A DNA stretch of 64,000 nucleotides from IMGVR_UViG_3300035698_022190:62001-126000, one strand, 5' to 3'; positions 30,565 to 40,145 are shown, counted from the stretch's first letter. Made by a program: numbers and translations. Notes: generated by a model from the letters alone, not told the origin.

Positions 30565-31064
30565 TGCCTTTATTTTTTAATACTGCAACCTATGTTATAA
30601 AAGAACGCCAGCATGAATTAAACGCTGAGGTACTTGATGGCCGTTTAGAGCTATTGCCAAACAACGAGCACGTCTATATTGTAGCACACCATCCTAACAA
30701 ACAATGGTCTTATAACATTGGCTGAATCGATGAAGGGCCATTATCTAAAATGTGAGAACAAGTAAATGCTTTGGGACATATGCAAAAAATCGATAAGCCA
30801 CATTTATATTATGAGGCTATTCCGAAAAGATTTTATAAAGCCTATCAAGAATTATTCAAATTTCAAGACTTGCAAATTGATAAGGATCCGAAAAAACCAA
30901 AGAAACTTGTAAATGATCCTAAGCCTAATATAATTGATATGACTGGCAAAAAACCAGTTGTAGCTCAACCAAGGGTGGAAAGAAGCTCAAATTCGGGGGA
31001 TCCTAAGCTACAATACCCTAACGAACGAGCCACATATACTTACAGGCCTCCCAGCAAAAGATAA
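30564..31064 (+). CDS. Hypothetical protein; TGA 30723 and 30753 read as Trp
   Basis: ATG overlaps the previous TAA; in frame with 30771..31064. Confidence 0.7.
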
Positions 31065-31074
31065 TTTTTAAGTT

Positions 31075-31106
31075 AAAAAAAATGCGCCTGTTATAGACGC
31101 ATTTTT
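31075..31106. terminator. Bidirectional intrinsic terminator
   Basis: A-run, ATGCGCCT..AGACGCAT stem, T-run between convergent genes. Confidence 0.75.
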
Positions 31107-31108
31107 AA

Positions 31109-31915
31109 TTACAACAATTCGCTCACCCATTCAGCGAGCATTTCAGGATCTATTCCAGAGTCCTTGGCTTTCGGCGCTTTCCAAGAGCCCCAACAAGATA
31201 AAAATCCTGCGGGGTGGTGAAACCAATCCGGTAAGAACTCTCTGAGTCCATTGCCCAAATTTACATCACACGTATTGCTCCGTACGGCACCTATATTATA
31301 ATCTCTGGTATATATGATTACCTTTACTCCCAGTCCCCACAAGGCCTTTGTAGTTTGAGGGTGTTTTTGATTGCGCATTATGACTATTGGAAAGTCCTCG
31401 TACCATTCGGCACTTTGAGCTTCCACTTTAGCTATTTGATACGCATCATACGATTGTTGTATTCCTTTGATAATTTTAATCCATTCTTTTAAGAATTCCT
31501 TATCGGATTCACTTCCAAATAAATTAATACCAAAATAATTTTTAAATGCAAAAAAAGCTGTTAGAATTGTAGGCATTCTAGAAGCAGTATGCGAAAAGAC
31601 TATTTCAGGATATGCCGTACGCCAGTCTCCAGTCGAGTCTTGTGCGTCTATAAAATTAGCTAAATCGTCGAAACATTTTTGTTTATCTTTACCACCATAC
31701 ATTTCTAAAATACTTGAAAAGGCACTTAAAACTAGGGTATTACCATGTTTATCAAGTTTTTGCTCACCTTTTATTCCACTAAACATATCTATAATTAATA
31801 TGTTATCTAGCTTGTCTGGGTTCTCCCAGTCTGCACTCATAAAATGAACATTCTCTACTGGAATGTCAAAAATTAGCATCGCCAATGAAACTGCGGATGC
31901 GTTGTCTAAATCCAT
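31109..31915 (-). CDS. DHH-like/hydrolase-like hypothetical protein; true start may be upstream
   Basis: YTHQSMDLD N-terminal motif, WFHHPAGFL. Confidence 0.55.
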   Translation of the reverse strand: MDLDNASAVSLAMLIFDIPVENVHFMSADWENPDKLDNILIIDMFSGIKGEQKLDKHGNTLVLSAFSSILEMYGGKDKQKCFDDLANFIDAQDSTGDWRTAYPEIVFSHTASRMPTILTAFFAFKNYFGINLFGSESDKEFLKEWIKIIKGIQQSYDAYQIAKVEAQSAEWYEDFPIVIMRNQKHPQTTKALWGLGVKVIIYTRDYNIGAVRSNTCDVNLGNGLREFLPDWFHHPAGFLSCWGSWKAPKAKDSGIDPEMLAEWVSELL

Positions 31916-31957
31916 ACTTTGATGTGTATAGATGTGTGTATTGGAATTATAGATATT

Positions 31958-32209
31958 TTACCTCTTTATTAATGTATTTTTTAAATCTTCTTCAAATAAA
32001 TATATTATTTCATCTCGATCATTTTGTGGAAGTTCTGGGTAGTTATCAAGAATAGGAACAAGAAAAGCTGAAAGCTGTTTTATAAAAGACAATTTTCCAT
32101 GTTTGAAAAAATCTGTCGTTGTAAAAAAACTTTCAGCCTGCTCTAAAAGAGCATTAGCAGTTTCTCTTTGTGGGTCTTTTTCCATTAGCCCTTTATACGC
32201 TGAAAACAA
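31958..32209 (-). CDS. Hypothetical protein
   Basis: ORF in minus-strand operon. Confidence 0.55.
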   Translation of the reverse strand: MFSAYKGLMEKDPQRETANALLEQAESFFTTTDFFKHGKLSFIKQLSAFLVPILDNYPELPQNDRDEIIYLFEEDLKNTLIKR

Positions 32210-32847
32210 AGTTCATCTGGTTTTTTAGATCCTGGAGTTACTGCTTGCCAATTAGTCATAAATGCAAATCTCCATCCCTGCTTCCCGAAGGCATCAAGCA
32301 TATTTACTTTAAATTTACTATCCATTGGAACATGCTTCCATTCCCATTTACACTTGCCAATTTCTTCTTCTAAAATTTCTTTTACAGTGCGTTCTCTTCC
32401 GGTTGACTCAGTTAAAATTCTAACTTCTTTGATAACAGGTTTTTCTATTATTTTTTCTACTACCGTTTGTCTACTTTTAAAAACTGTTCGAACTGTTCCA
32501 TCATCAGACATGTCAACTTTATCTAAAACTTCTTCTTCATATGGAGTTTTAGATTTTAAGGTAGTTTTTATTACTTGACCAGAATCTTTATTTAAACGTT
32601 TTTTATCTTCTACTGTAACACCTCTGCGTTTTTCCTCAACCGAAAGCCCTACTTCAATTTCTTCTTGAGTTCTACGTAAGCGTGTGTGTTTATCGGGAGA
32701 TTTTTCTATAATATTTTTTCGTTTTTCTGTTTCTTTTTTTATATCATTCTGTTGTTTTTGCCAAGCTTTAAGGGTCATCCCATTCTTCTTAGCTGCAACA
32801 GGAAATCCGGCCTCTATCTCTGCCTGGGTTCTACGTATTTTGCTCAT
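32185..32847 (-). CDS. Hypothetical protein with duplicated RRTQxEIExG motif
   Basis: RRTQAEIEAG and RRTQEEIEVG repeats. Confidence 0.7.
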   Translation of the reverse strand: MSKIRRTQAEIEAGFPVAAKKNGMTLKAWQKQQNDIKKETEKRKNIIEKSPDKHTRLRRTQEEIEVGLSVEEKRRGVTVEDKKRLNKDSGQVIKTTLKSKTPYEEEVLDKVDMSDDGTVRTVFKSRQTVVEKIIEKPVIKEVRILTESTGRERTVKEILEEEIGKCKWEWKHVPMDSKFKVNMLDAFGKQGWRFAFMTNWQAVTPGSKKPDELCFQRIKG

Positions 32848-32886
32848 CTGTTGTGGTGGTTAAAGTGCTTCAATACCTATATTCAA

Positions 32887-33144
32887 TCATTTCTTCTGCG
32901 CCATATCTTTCAAACGTTGTGTTGCTTCATCAGTCGCGTCCTGTGTGAGTTCATCCATATATGCTCTTGCGCTCAATTCTAAGGCTTTATTAATAATCAT
33001 TTGTCTTTGCGCAATTAGTTTATCATAATTGACTGCTAAAGGGTTTTCTTTCATAAAGGGCGCTACTCCATTTATAACATCTTTTTCAAAGCGTTTATAT
33101 GGATCGTTGGCAAAAGGATCATATTCTTTTTTTGTATTAGTCAT
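32887..33144 (-). CDS. Hypothetical protein
   Basis: AAGGAA RBS, intact ORF. Confidence 0.6.
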   Translation of the reverse strand: MTNTKKEYDPFANDPYKRFEKDVINGVAPFMKENPLAVNYDKLIAQRQMIINKALELSARAYMDELTQDATDEATQRLKDMAQKK

Positions 33145-33205
33145 ATAAATTCCTTAAATAAAAAAAGACACGGCAGAAAGGTCCACCGTGTCTTTACATA
33201 TAATT

Positions 33206-33487
33206 TTAATCTGCGACTATAATCTCAGGTTCAATGGTCGATTTAACTGGTTGTTGAGCGTCCTCTAAAACTTCGACTTCAAGTGCTTGTATGCCTTTTT
33301 CTGTTGGCTTTTCAATAAAAGTAACTATTTGATCTTTTCTTAATTTTCTATAGCCTTCTTGTTTAAGCTCAGTATAATGGACAAAAATTTGTCCTTTTGC
33401 TTCGTCTTCTGTGGTTACGAAGCCATATCCAAGTGCTGGATTAAACCATTCTACGACCCCATGGGTGCGTTCTTGTGTAACAGCCAT
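33206..33487 (-). CDS. Cold-shock domain protein
   Basis: GVVEWFN..GYGFV..IFVHY RNP motifs. Confidence 0.9.
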   Translation of the reverse strand: MAVTQERTHGVVEWFNPALGYGFVTTEDEAKGQIFVHYTELKQEGYRKLRKDQIVTFIEKPTEKGIQALEVEVLEDAQQPVKSTIEPEIIVAD

Positions 33488-33541
33488 CTATTTGTTTCCT
33501 TGTTTTATATTGTTTAATACATATAACTCTTTTTATATGTG

Positions 33542-33943
33542 TGGAGCTGCGGGTATCGAAACCCGGTCCGAAATAAAGTCCCATAGAACCTTAATTACAA
33601 GTATTATATCTCGATATAAGGAGCTCGGCGTTCGAGATCAAAACGTTTGTGAGCTAATACTAGTTTCATTTTTGAATTGGGAAATTGTAGCTAAACACCA
33701 ATTATGTCTACATGGTTAGACGTTATAGACCCCGCCAAGCTTTCATGTTTCTCGGTAAGCTTTACGTCACATTAGCTAACCCGCGTAAGCGAAGTTAGAA
33801 TGACCGACTTGCCCTTGAGCAAGTAAGTTCACTGGTATGTTTTTGCCAGTTATTGTTTGTTTTTGAATATGTTTAACGAGAGAAATTCATTTCTCGACTT
33901 GTAGTTTTATCTTCTCTTATCCCGTCGAATCCAATTCAGCCCC
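33542..33943 (-). ncRNA. ssrA: tmRNA
   Basis: 5' GGGGCTGAATTGGATTCGAC, 3' T-arm and GCTCCA, ATAACT-GGC resume site with tag ORF. Confidence 0.93.
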
Positions 33944-33949
33944 ATATTT

Positions 33950-34210
33950 TTATTTATCAAAGGTCCACCAATTATAGTTATATAATATAGTGTTCCTGGC
34001 CTGATCCGCAAATGGAACAGGTTCATGTGTTATACGTTTTGTGGTTACATAGTTTCCACGATATTTTCCTGTGTAGTGAATTTTATGACCAGCTTGTTTT
34101 GCCATCTGCTGTCCTAATTTAATTTCATCATCAGTTAAATACAAATTTTGTTTTATCTGTGAACATCCTACAAATATAAGAATGCTTAGGATTACTGTGA
34201 AAATTTTCAT
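33950..34210 (-). CDS. Putative lipoprotein
   Basis: Signal peptide with FVGC lipobox; GGAG RBS. Confidence 0.65.
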   Translation of the reverse strand: MKIFTVILSILIFVGCSQIKQNLYLTDDEIKLGQQMAKQAGHKIHYTGKYRGNYVTTKRITHEPVPFADQARNTILYNYNWWTFDK

Positions 34211-34253
34211 AACTAGGTCTCCGTTTACAAGATTCTTATACCATAATAGATTA

Positions 34254-35110
34254 GCAAAGGGTACTGTCTATCGCTACCCACCAGTTCAGACCCTATCAGT
34301 CGCACCGCTGAATACGGATACCTTAAGGTGATGGACGAATCGCTCACACGTTTCCCTTTGCCAAAGTTTCTGAGATTAGTAAGGAATTGACGGGTATACC
34401 CGTATAGTCACCTTACGCCGCTTCCGTTTACCTGCACGACTTACGCTATTACTCCTACAGTTTCAAGTGAAGCCAAGTTCTCTTCATTTAATGTCGTGTT
34501 TTGCATTCTACTCTGCCATAACCTCAGATTAAATTTTTAGATCACTGGTCAGCCACCTTCAAAATAAACATTTCAAAGTATCTTAATAGTTCGCTTCCCA
34601 TCGCTATTTAACGACGTCCTTCCTTCAAAGAGGTTTCGCTGCCCGCGGGGTAACCTCACCACATTGCTGTGTAATTTTATCTCGGTCTTGCGCCGGAGCC
34701 TTGTCCGCTGCGTGATCTAATTTTAAACTAAACACCCCTAAGAGCTGGACCGTAACCTGGGTCTTTCAAGGGTTCTCGTTTGGGTGCGGTACTATAACCC
34801 TTTATTCCATCGTTAGTTTAAAAATTTTAAGGGCAGAATGTCCAAGAAATGACCTCACGCTGTTCATGCAACGCTGCTTCATAATCTTTTAGAACAACTA
34901 CCCCAATTTACTGCTACAAAGTTTGGCCCACTTAGATTTTTGACCAGTTGCCTTTCGGTGACCTCTACCCGTTACGATAGATACTGATTCGCTCGACCAT
35001 ATGGGACTCTTCATAGCAGATTTTTTTCATCGGTTGGTTCGTCCTTAGCTCACAATAGTCAGCCAACAAACCGTAGCTTTAAGGGCGTCGGACGATAGAG
35101 TATTAACCTC
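34254..35110 (-). ncRNA. Cluster of unassigned structured RNAs
   Basis: ORF-free; successive blocks closed by terminal stems and separated by AAATTTT linkers; strand inferred from context. Confidence 0.5.
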
Positions 35111-35136
35111 TACACAATGAAAAATTTAAAAATGTT

Positions 35137-35236
35137 AAAACAAGTAGGATTCGAACCTACAACCCTTGGGACTTACTTGACACGCCCAAGACTCTAATGA
35201 GCTTACGTACCTTCCATAGCCATTCACCTTGTTTAA
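35137..35236 (-). ncRNA. Aberrant tRNA-like RNA
   Basis: Canonical T-arm GTAGG-TTCGAAT-CCTAC and AAACAAG acceptor-like stem; no normal anticodon loop. Confidence 0.45.
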
Positions 35237-36144
35237 AAGAGTAACAATATTTCCTCGTCACAGAAATACCGTCCCTTCACTATGCAGAAGTGCTTTACCA
35301 TATTCGGCCATTGTTTTAATTTTGTTAAAAATGTTTTTGAGACAGGTAGTTGGTCTACAAGCGAGGTTTTGCACCTCAAGCATTGCTACTTTCTGACATC
35401 TATCAATCCTTGCGGGATATATAGTCACTGTGCTCAGGCTACCATGCCACTGTCTCAAATGTTTTGTTGTACTCGTGGACAATTTTATGGGACTCTGTCG
35501 TGCACGACTACGATTGATTTCACCCAACCACTTCACCATTCACAGCTAATGCGATAGCTCCCGGTATCGAAGCACAACAAAAACGTTTTTTAAATGTAGG
35601 GACAGCTGACTACGTTACTAGTCAAGCTTCGTCAAGCAGCAAATGTGCGTAAGCCTTGCGAGCCACGAGCGGAATCGAACCGCCCATAACCGTACATTTG
35701 ATATCATTTTGATTATGGTTTTAACGCTACACCAAGCATTCGCTACACCCTCCAGTGCTTCTGTCCCTAATGTTATTGATTGTGGCAGGATTTGAGCCTG
35801 CGACAAGTTTTCTGTCATGTCCTAATCCGAACCCACATCGTGCGGGATCACATTTTAGAATTGGCCCTACTGGAACATTACACTATAGGATAGGGATGTA
35901 TAATGCCCATACGGGTATGCCTTACCAGCATTTCACGATTATTCGTTTCACAACCAATTTAATTCTTTTGAAGCAGCCAGCATTAGAACTATCTTTCCCC
36001 ACGTACGTTCGCTAGTGGTGGTAATACTGATCAAGTATTTAACCGCATGAACGCCTCTGGACTACCAGATATTTATTTAGGGGCCTTTCTTCGCACGTCC
36101 AGAAAGCATCGTAGCTGGCGACTCGTGTGTCATTGCTTCAAATT

Positions 36145-36219
36145 TGGAAGCCCCGAGTGGTGTCGAACCACTGTTGCCAGGATCAAAACCTGGTGTCATG
36201 CCGTTAGACCACGGGGCCA
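36145..36219 (-). tRNA. tRNA-Gln(UUG)
   Basis: Cloverleaf, loop TTTTGAT, CCA. Confidence 0.9.
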
Positions 36220-36477
36220 ATGTAGTAGAATAGTTAACTGCTTTTCATTTTCAGATATTTCAGTATGTACTTGAAAGAAGCTCTCACCTCGTACATAAAG
36301 CGCATTTTAGGGGCCTTACCGGAAGACTGTGTACCATTCCGTTCTTACCCTCATCGGTCTCTTGCCGTAGCGGACTAAACTCTAGCTCAGAAAAGCTTAC
36401 CAGAAGCATTGTCTCTTATTCCCAGTATATTAAATTGGCCTGTTTATATACTGCTTTTGTTAACTATCCTACAAATT

Positions 36478-36588
36478 CTGGGGGCAAAACATTTCAGCCT
36501 TGCGACCTCTAATCCTAGGTGATTGCAAGTTCGCGCGAAACTTTATAGCAATTACCGTGTTAGCACTCTTTATACTGAGCTACCCCAG
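36478..36588 (-). ncRNA. tRNA-like RNA with greatly extended anticodon arm
   Basis: CTGGGG-TAGCTCAG D-arm start, ~45-nt hairpin in place of the anticodon loop, degenerate T-arm. Confidence 0.45.
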
Positions 36589-36591
36589 CTG

Positions 36592-36660
36592 TGGCGGTAG
36601 AGAGTCTTGATCTCTCGAACGAGGGCGTATGAAGCCCTGTTTACTTCCCAGCTTACCGCC
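36592..36660 (-). tRNA. tRNA with CAU anticodon, reduced D-arm
   Basis: AGGGC-TTCATAC-GCCCT; GGCGGTA acceptor. Confidence 0.6.
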
Positions 36661-36665
36661 GAACT

Positions 36666-37022
36666 TTAGAAATTAAAATAAGGTTTTCTAATAGACCCTG
36701 GCAACAGATTTTTAATATTTTCTGCGCCTACAGGATTTAAAGAATGTATAACTATTTCCGCCGAATACCCATCTACACCCTTCTCTTTTAAATGTTTGGC
36801 AAAAGTTGATCCAGTATTTAAATTTAAAGTACTGACCATTACTTTTCCGCCAAGATCATGGTCGAGATAGTATTTATCAAATGGAGCATTCTCATCGTGC
36901 AGTTTTTTCGCTTCTTCTATTTCTTCAGCAAAAAAAAGTTTTGCATCCGGATATTGTGCAGAGAGTTTTGCTACAAAACCTCTAATCCTGTATATGTTGT
37001 CTTCCAATATGAATATTTTCAT
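36666..37022 (-). CDS. Receiver-like (cyclic-phosphate-processing) domain protein
   Basis: IFILED, LDHDLG, IHSLNPVGA. Confidence 0.75.
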   Translation of the reverse strand: MKIFILEDNIYRIRGFVAKLSAQYPDAKLFFAEEIEEAKKLHDENAPFDKYYLDHDLGGKVMVSTLNLNTGSTFAKHLKEKGVDGYSAEIVIHSLNPVGAENIKNLLPGSIRKPYFNF

Positions 37023-37023
37023 G

Positions 37024-37096
37024 AGCCAATGAAGGGCTACGATCCCTTGACTTCCGGTTTACCGAACCGGTACTCTGCCGACTGAGTTACATTGGC
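37024..37096 (-). tRNA. tRNA-Thr(GGU)
   Basis: Cloverleaf, loop TCGGTAA. Confidence 0.85.
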
Positions 37097-37101
37097 AAAT
37101 C

Positions 37102-37396
37102 TGACGAGCGCTCTGCCACTAAGCTACATGACCGGAATAGTCATACCAGGATTCGAACCTGGGCCTCTCCCCGTATGGACGTCTTACCTTAGACCATTAG
37201 CGATTCCGCGTTAGCGCTATGCAAGTTTCGAGCTTGCGTTTTCCTTTTTAAATTTGGAGGTGTCCTAACCAATTAGACGACATGCCCCCGAAGGGACAAG
37301 CCGGGATTCGAACCCGTATTTCCTCGCTTGAAGGTGTCCTAACCACTAGACGACCTGGGTTGCCCCAGGACAGGAGTTGAACCTGTGTTTCCTTCC
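37102..37396 (-). ncRNA. Four tandem circularly permuted tRNA-like (YrlA-module-like) RNAs
   Basis: Order T-arm, loop-capped acceptor stem, D-arm; ends in anticodon stem; UUCG and GCAA caps. Confidence 0.75.
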
Positions 37397-37399
37397 TTG

Positions 37400-37473
37400 A
37401 GCCAGAGACAGGGTTCAAACCTGTATGCCCCAGTTTACGAAACTGGTGCCATTTTCTCTTCAGCCACTCTGGC
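37400..37473 (-). tRNA. tRNA-Thr(CGU)
   Basis: Cloverleaf, loop TTCGTAA. Confidence 0.85.
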
Positions 37474-37594
37474 ATAAATTTTAGTAGAGGGACGGCGCTT
37501 GCCTAGTCCGCCCCTCTTTTTCGTTTACCTTATTTTTAAATAAGAACCAACCTGTAAGGTTTGAATTTACGGTTTTTGTCTTTTTCATAAATTT

Positions 37595-37775
37595 GGTGCA
37601 TGTTTAACCCGACTTTCTTCACACTCTTTTTTTATTCTAATCTCCTTGTTCTGCCACTGAACTATTGGCGCGCAGAATACTTCGTAAAGTACACTGCGCG
37701 CCAACCGGGATTCGAACCCAGGCGTAGGATTTGAAACAACTAAATGTTGCTATAAAGAGTCGATACTTGTCAAAA
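37595..37775 (-). ncRNA. Y-RNA (YrlA)-like RNA
   Basis: T-arm, long capped acceptor-like stem TTGGCGCGCAG/CTGCGCGCCAA, D-arm, distal TCGAC/GTCGG stem. Confidence 0.65.
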
Positions 37776-37905
37776 GTTATGTCCGCGTGTACACTATAGA
37801 GCGATACACTAAAATGTAATAATAATGATAATAGCTTTCGTGTTACTTATGTTTAAGCATTATTTTTATAACACTCCCGCTTTTTATACTGATGCTAGCT
37901 CAAAA

Positions 37906-38661
37906 TTATTTTATAGTATTACCAAATATATGGTTTACTATATTTTGCCCAACCTTGGTGTCTACGACATTAGCTTGGTTTGCTTTAGCGCGTGCTTTCT
38001 TAACCTTAAAAAGTAGATCGTCTGCACGGGCTAATAAATCTGATTTGTCAGCAGGCGTAATTCTGCCGGAAAGATACATTGTGTCCCAGGTACCAACGGC
38101 TTTATCTACAGTTACTACTTGAACTTGTTCTTTGTGTTCTTTAGTAGCTGCAGCCAAACTTAATGGTGTATGCACTTTGTTAAATCGAATTTTCTTTTCT
38201 ACCGGAGTACCCAAGATTGCTCGATCATCTTTATCTAACGGTTGCCATACACGTGTTGGATCTAGTGTTGGAATCGTTTTTAAAACACTGCGAAACTGAG
38301 TTAATTGATTTTCTAGCGACAAAAAGCTTGTTGCTGAAAGTGTCATTTCAATTCCGTCTATAGTAATTGGAGCTGTTGCGTTTCCTGAAGAGTTAGTTTG
38401 CTCTTTGGAAATTAAAGCGTCGACAGCAGGTACAAAAGATTTTACAGTATACTTTAATTTTTCTGCTACTGTAGTTACTACTTCTTTTCGTTCGTCCTGT
38501 AAATCTCCAGCTTCAACATCAATAGCTGTATAATCTTTTTTCAGACCATCAAAATGCGAGTCTTTTTTCTGAAAAGTATGGATTGTTTCATTAATTATAT
38601 TTTGGCTTTGGGTACTTAGTGGACCTGTAACTGCCAAAATCTGATGTAGTTGATTTGCCAT
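37906..38661 (-). CDS. Conserved hypothetical protein upstream of Y-like RNA
   Basis: LHQILAV, IPTLDP, VKKARAKAN; AGGA RBS. Confidence 0.8.
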   Translation of the reverse strand: MANQLHQILAVTGPLSTQSQNIINETIHTFQKKDSHFDGLKKDYTAIDVEAGDLQDERKEVVTTVAEKLKYTVKSFVPAVDALISKEQTNSSGNATAPITIDGIEMTLSATSFLSLENQLTQFRSVLKTIPTLDPTRVWQPLDKDDRAILGTPVEKKIRFNKVHTPLSLAAATKEHKEQVQVVTVDKAVGTWDTMYLSGRITPADKSDLLARADDLLFKVKKARAKANQANVVDTKVGQNIVNHIFGNTIK

Positions 38662-38782
38662 GTGTTTCCTTTTGTTTTTATGTTTATATTAATATGGTCG
38701 CAGCGGGAGGTATTACCTCCTCCAAACATCTACATGAGATATTTAGCCAACGGCGCCTTTTTGTTGCTGTCTGCGTGTTAAA

Positions 38783-38859
38783 TGGTTGCGGGAGCAGGAA
38801 TTAAACCTACCTATCGGAGCTTATGAGGCTCCTGCTGCATCAGCTCTGTCTTTCCCGCG
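38783..38859 (-). tRNA. tRNA-fMet(CAU)
   Basis: C1:A72 mismatch, loop CTCATAA, CCA. Confidence 0.8.
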
Positions 38860-38861
38860 AG

Positions 38862-38934
38862 TGCACCTGGAGGGCTACGATCCCCCTACTCTCCGGTTAA
38901 AAGCCGGAAGCTCTACCAATTGAGCTACAGGTGC
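38862..38934 (-). tRNA. tRNA-Lys(UUU)
   Basis: Loop CTTTTAA. Confidence 0.9.
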
Positions 38935-38943
38935 AATTTTAAC

Positions 38944-39282
38944 TTATTTCTTGACTGTTGTTTTCGCTACTGTTTTCTTTAACTTTGTAGCAGAATCCAT
39001 CGCCAATAATTCTTTTACGTTTGATTCAACTTTTGATATATGGTCTGCTTGCGCATTTAATATCTTTTGCGCATCTTTTTCGTGACCAATAGCATCTTGC
39101 AATTCTTTAATACGAAGATTGCTTTTGCTTAATGATGACATAATATCTGCGCCAATTGTGTTAAGTTGATCTAGAAGCTTATTAAAAGCTGCTAATGCTT
39201 TGTTTGTTCTGGACTGAATACTTCCAGAAATTTTCTCGGTTGGTTTACTAACCCGAGTGATATTGATTCCGAATAACGTCAT
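38944..39282 (-). CDS. Coiled-coil hypothetical protein
   Basis: AAGGA RBS, heptads. Confidence 0.7.
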   Translation of the reverse strand: MTLFGINITRVSKPTEKISGSIQSRTNKALAAFNKLLDQLNTIGADIMSSLSKSNLRIKELQDAIGHEKDAQKILNAQADHISKVESNVKELLAMDSATKLKKTVAKTTVKK

Positions 39283-39337
39283 GAATCGTTCCTTTTTTTG
39301 TTTCGTGTTTTATTGTACAATAAGTCCGAAGACTCTG

Positions 39338-39410
39338 AGCCAGAGACAGGATTTAAACCTGCATAGTTCTCCTTACAGGGGAGCTGCCTTGTCGATCGAG
39401 CCACTCTGGC
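39338..39410 (-). tRNA. tRNA-Thr(UGU)
   Basis: Loop CCTGTAA. Confidence 0.8.
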
Positions 39411-39416
39411 ATAATA

Positions 39417-40145
39417 TTAATATCGAGCCCAATGTCCGAAATAGTTTTCGTTTAGGCCCTCTAATATTTCTTTTTTAACTTGTCGTTTTTCAGCCGCTTT
39501 TTCATTAGACTGTTCTACATCTTTCCATGGATCAGTATAGCAGTAATTATCCACTATTCGGAGACCGCGTCCCTGGTGCCATAACTTATCATCCAATCTC
39601 TCCATTTCTGAATCTACATCACCCTGTGGTAACCGTTGGTGTGTATAATAGTCATGTTCAATTTTAAAACTGAACATCCACCTGTACTTAAATTTATAAG
39701 CATACACAGTAACATTATCCCATGGGCGTTTTTCTAATTCAACTTTTTTAAAGTATCTCTGGAAGCGTTCTGGGACTTTATTCCACTTTTCCTTTGATAA
39801 AAGTTCCGGCTCTTGTTTTATTTCTTCTTGAAGCCATTCCCATCCACCGACGCCATGTCTACGTCTTAAGTCTGATTTTTTGGGAAACTTCTTTGTTCTG
39901 CACCACCATTGGTTTTGCAGAAAAGTATCCAATAGATATTGTATATCTTTTGCTTTTTTAGAGCGGCTAATATCATTCCTTAAAACAAAATATCTTATAT
40001 AACCGTTTGGAACAGGTTTATCTAATTCAACCCAAACTTCCTTTTCCTTACGTTGGTCCCAAAGTTCTTGATATCGATTGTAATCTCTGATATACTCTTT
40101 TTCTTTTTCTGTGTAATACTGTTTGCGATTTTCACGCTTACTCAT
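39417..40145 (-). CDS. Hypothetical basic/aromatic protein
   Basis: AGGA RBS, 242-aa ORF. Confidence 0.75.
   Translation of the reverse strand: MSKRENRKQYYTEKEKEYIRDYNRYQELWDQRKEKEVWVELDKPVPNGYIRYFVLRNDISRSKKAKDIQYLLDTFLQNQWWCRTKKFPKKSDLRRRHGVGGWEWLQEEIKQEPELLSKEKWNKVPERFQRYFKKVELEKRPWDNVTVYAYKFKYRWMFSFKIEHDYYTHQRLPQGDVDSEMERLDDKLWHQGRGLRIVDNYCYTDPWKDVEQSNEKAAEKRQVKKEILEGLNENYFGHWARY

Noticed and set aside
35337-35458. SAM-I riboswitch
   Set aside because: Only partial AGCAA..GGTGC similarity; core ATC/GAT and kink-turn elements not found, and no downstream gene.
38695-38775. Additional tRNA ending in ACCA
   Set aside because: Acceptor-like ends but no valid D-arm, T-loop or 7-nt anticodon loop; at most a relic.
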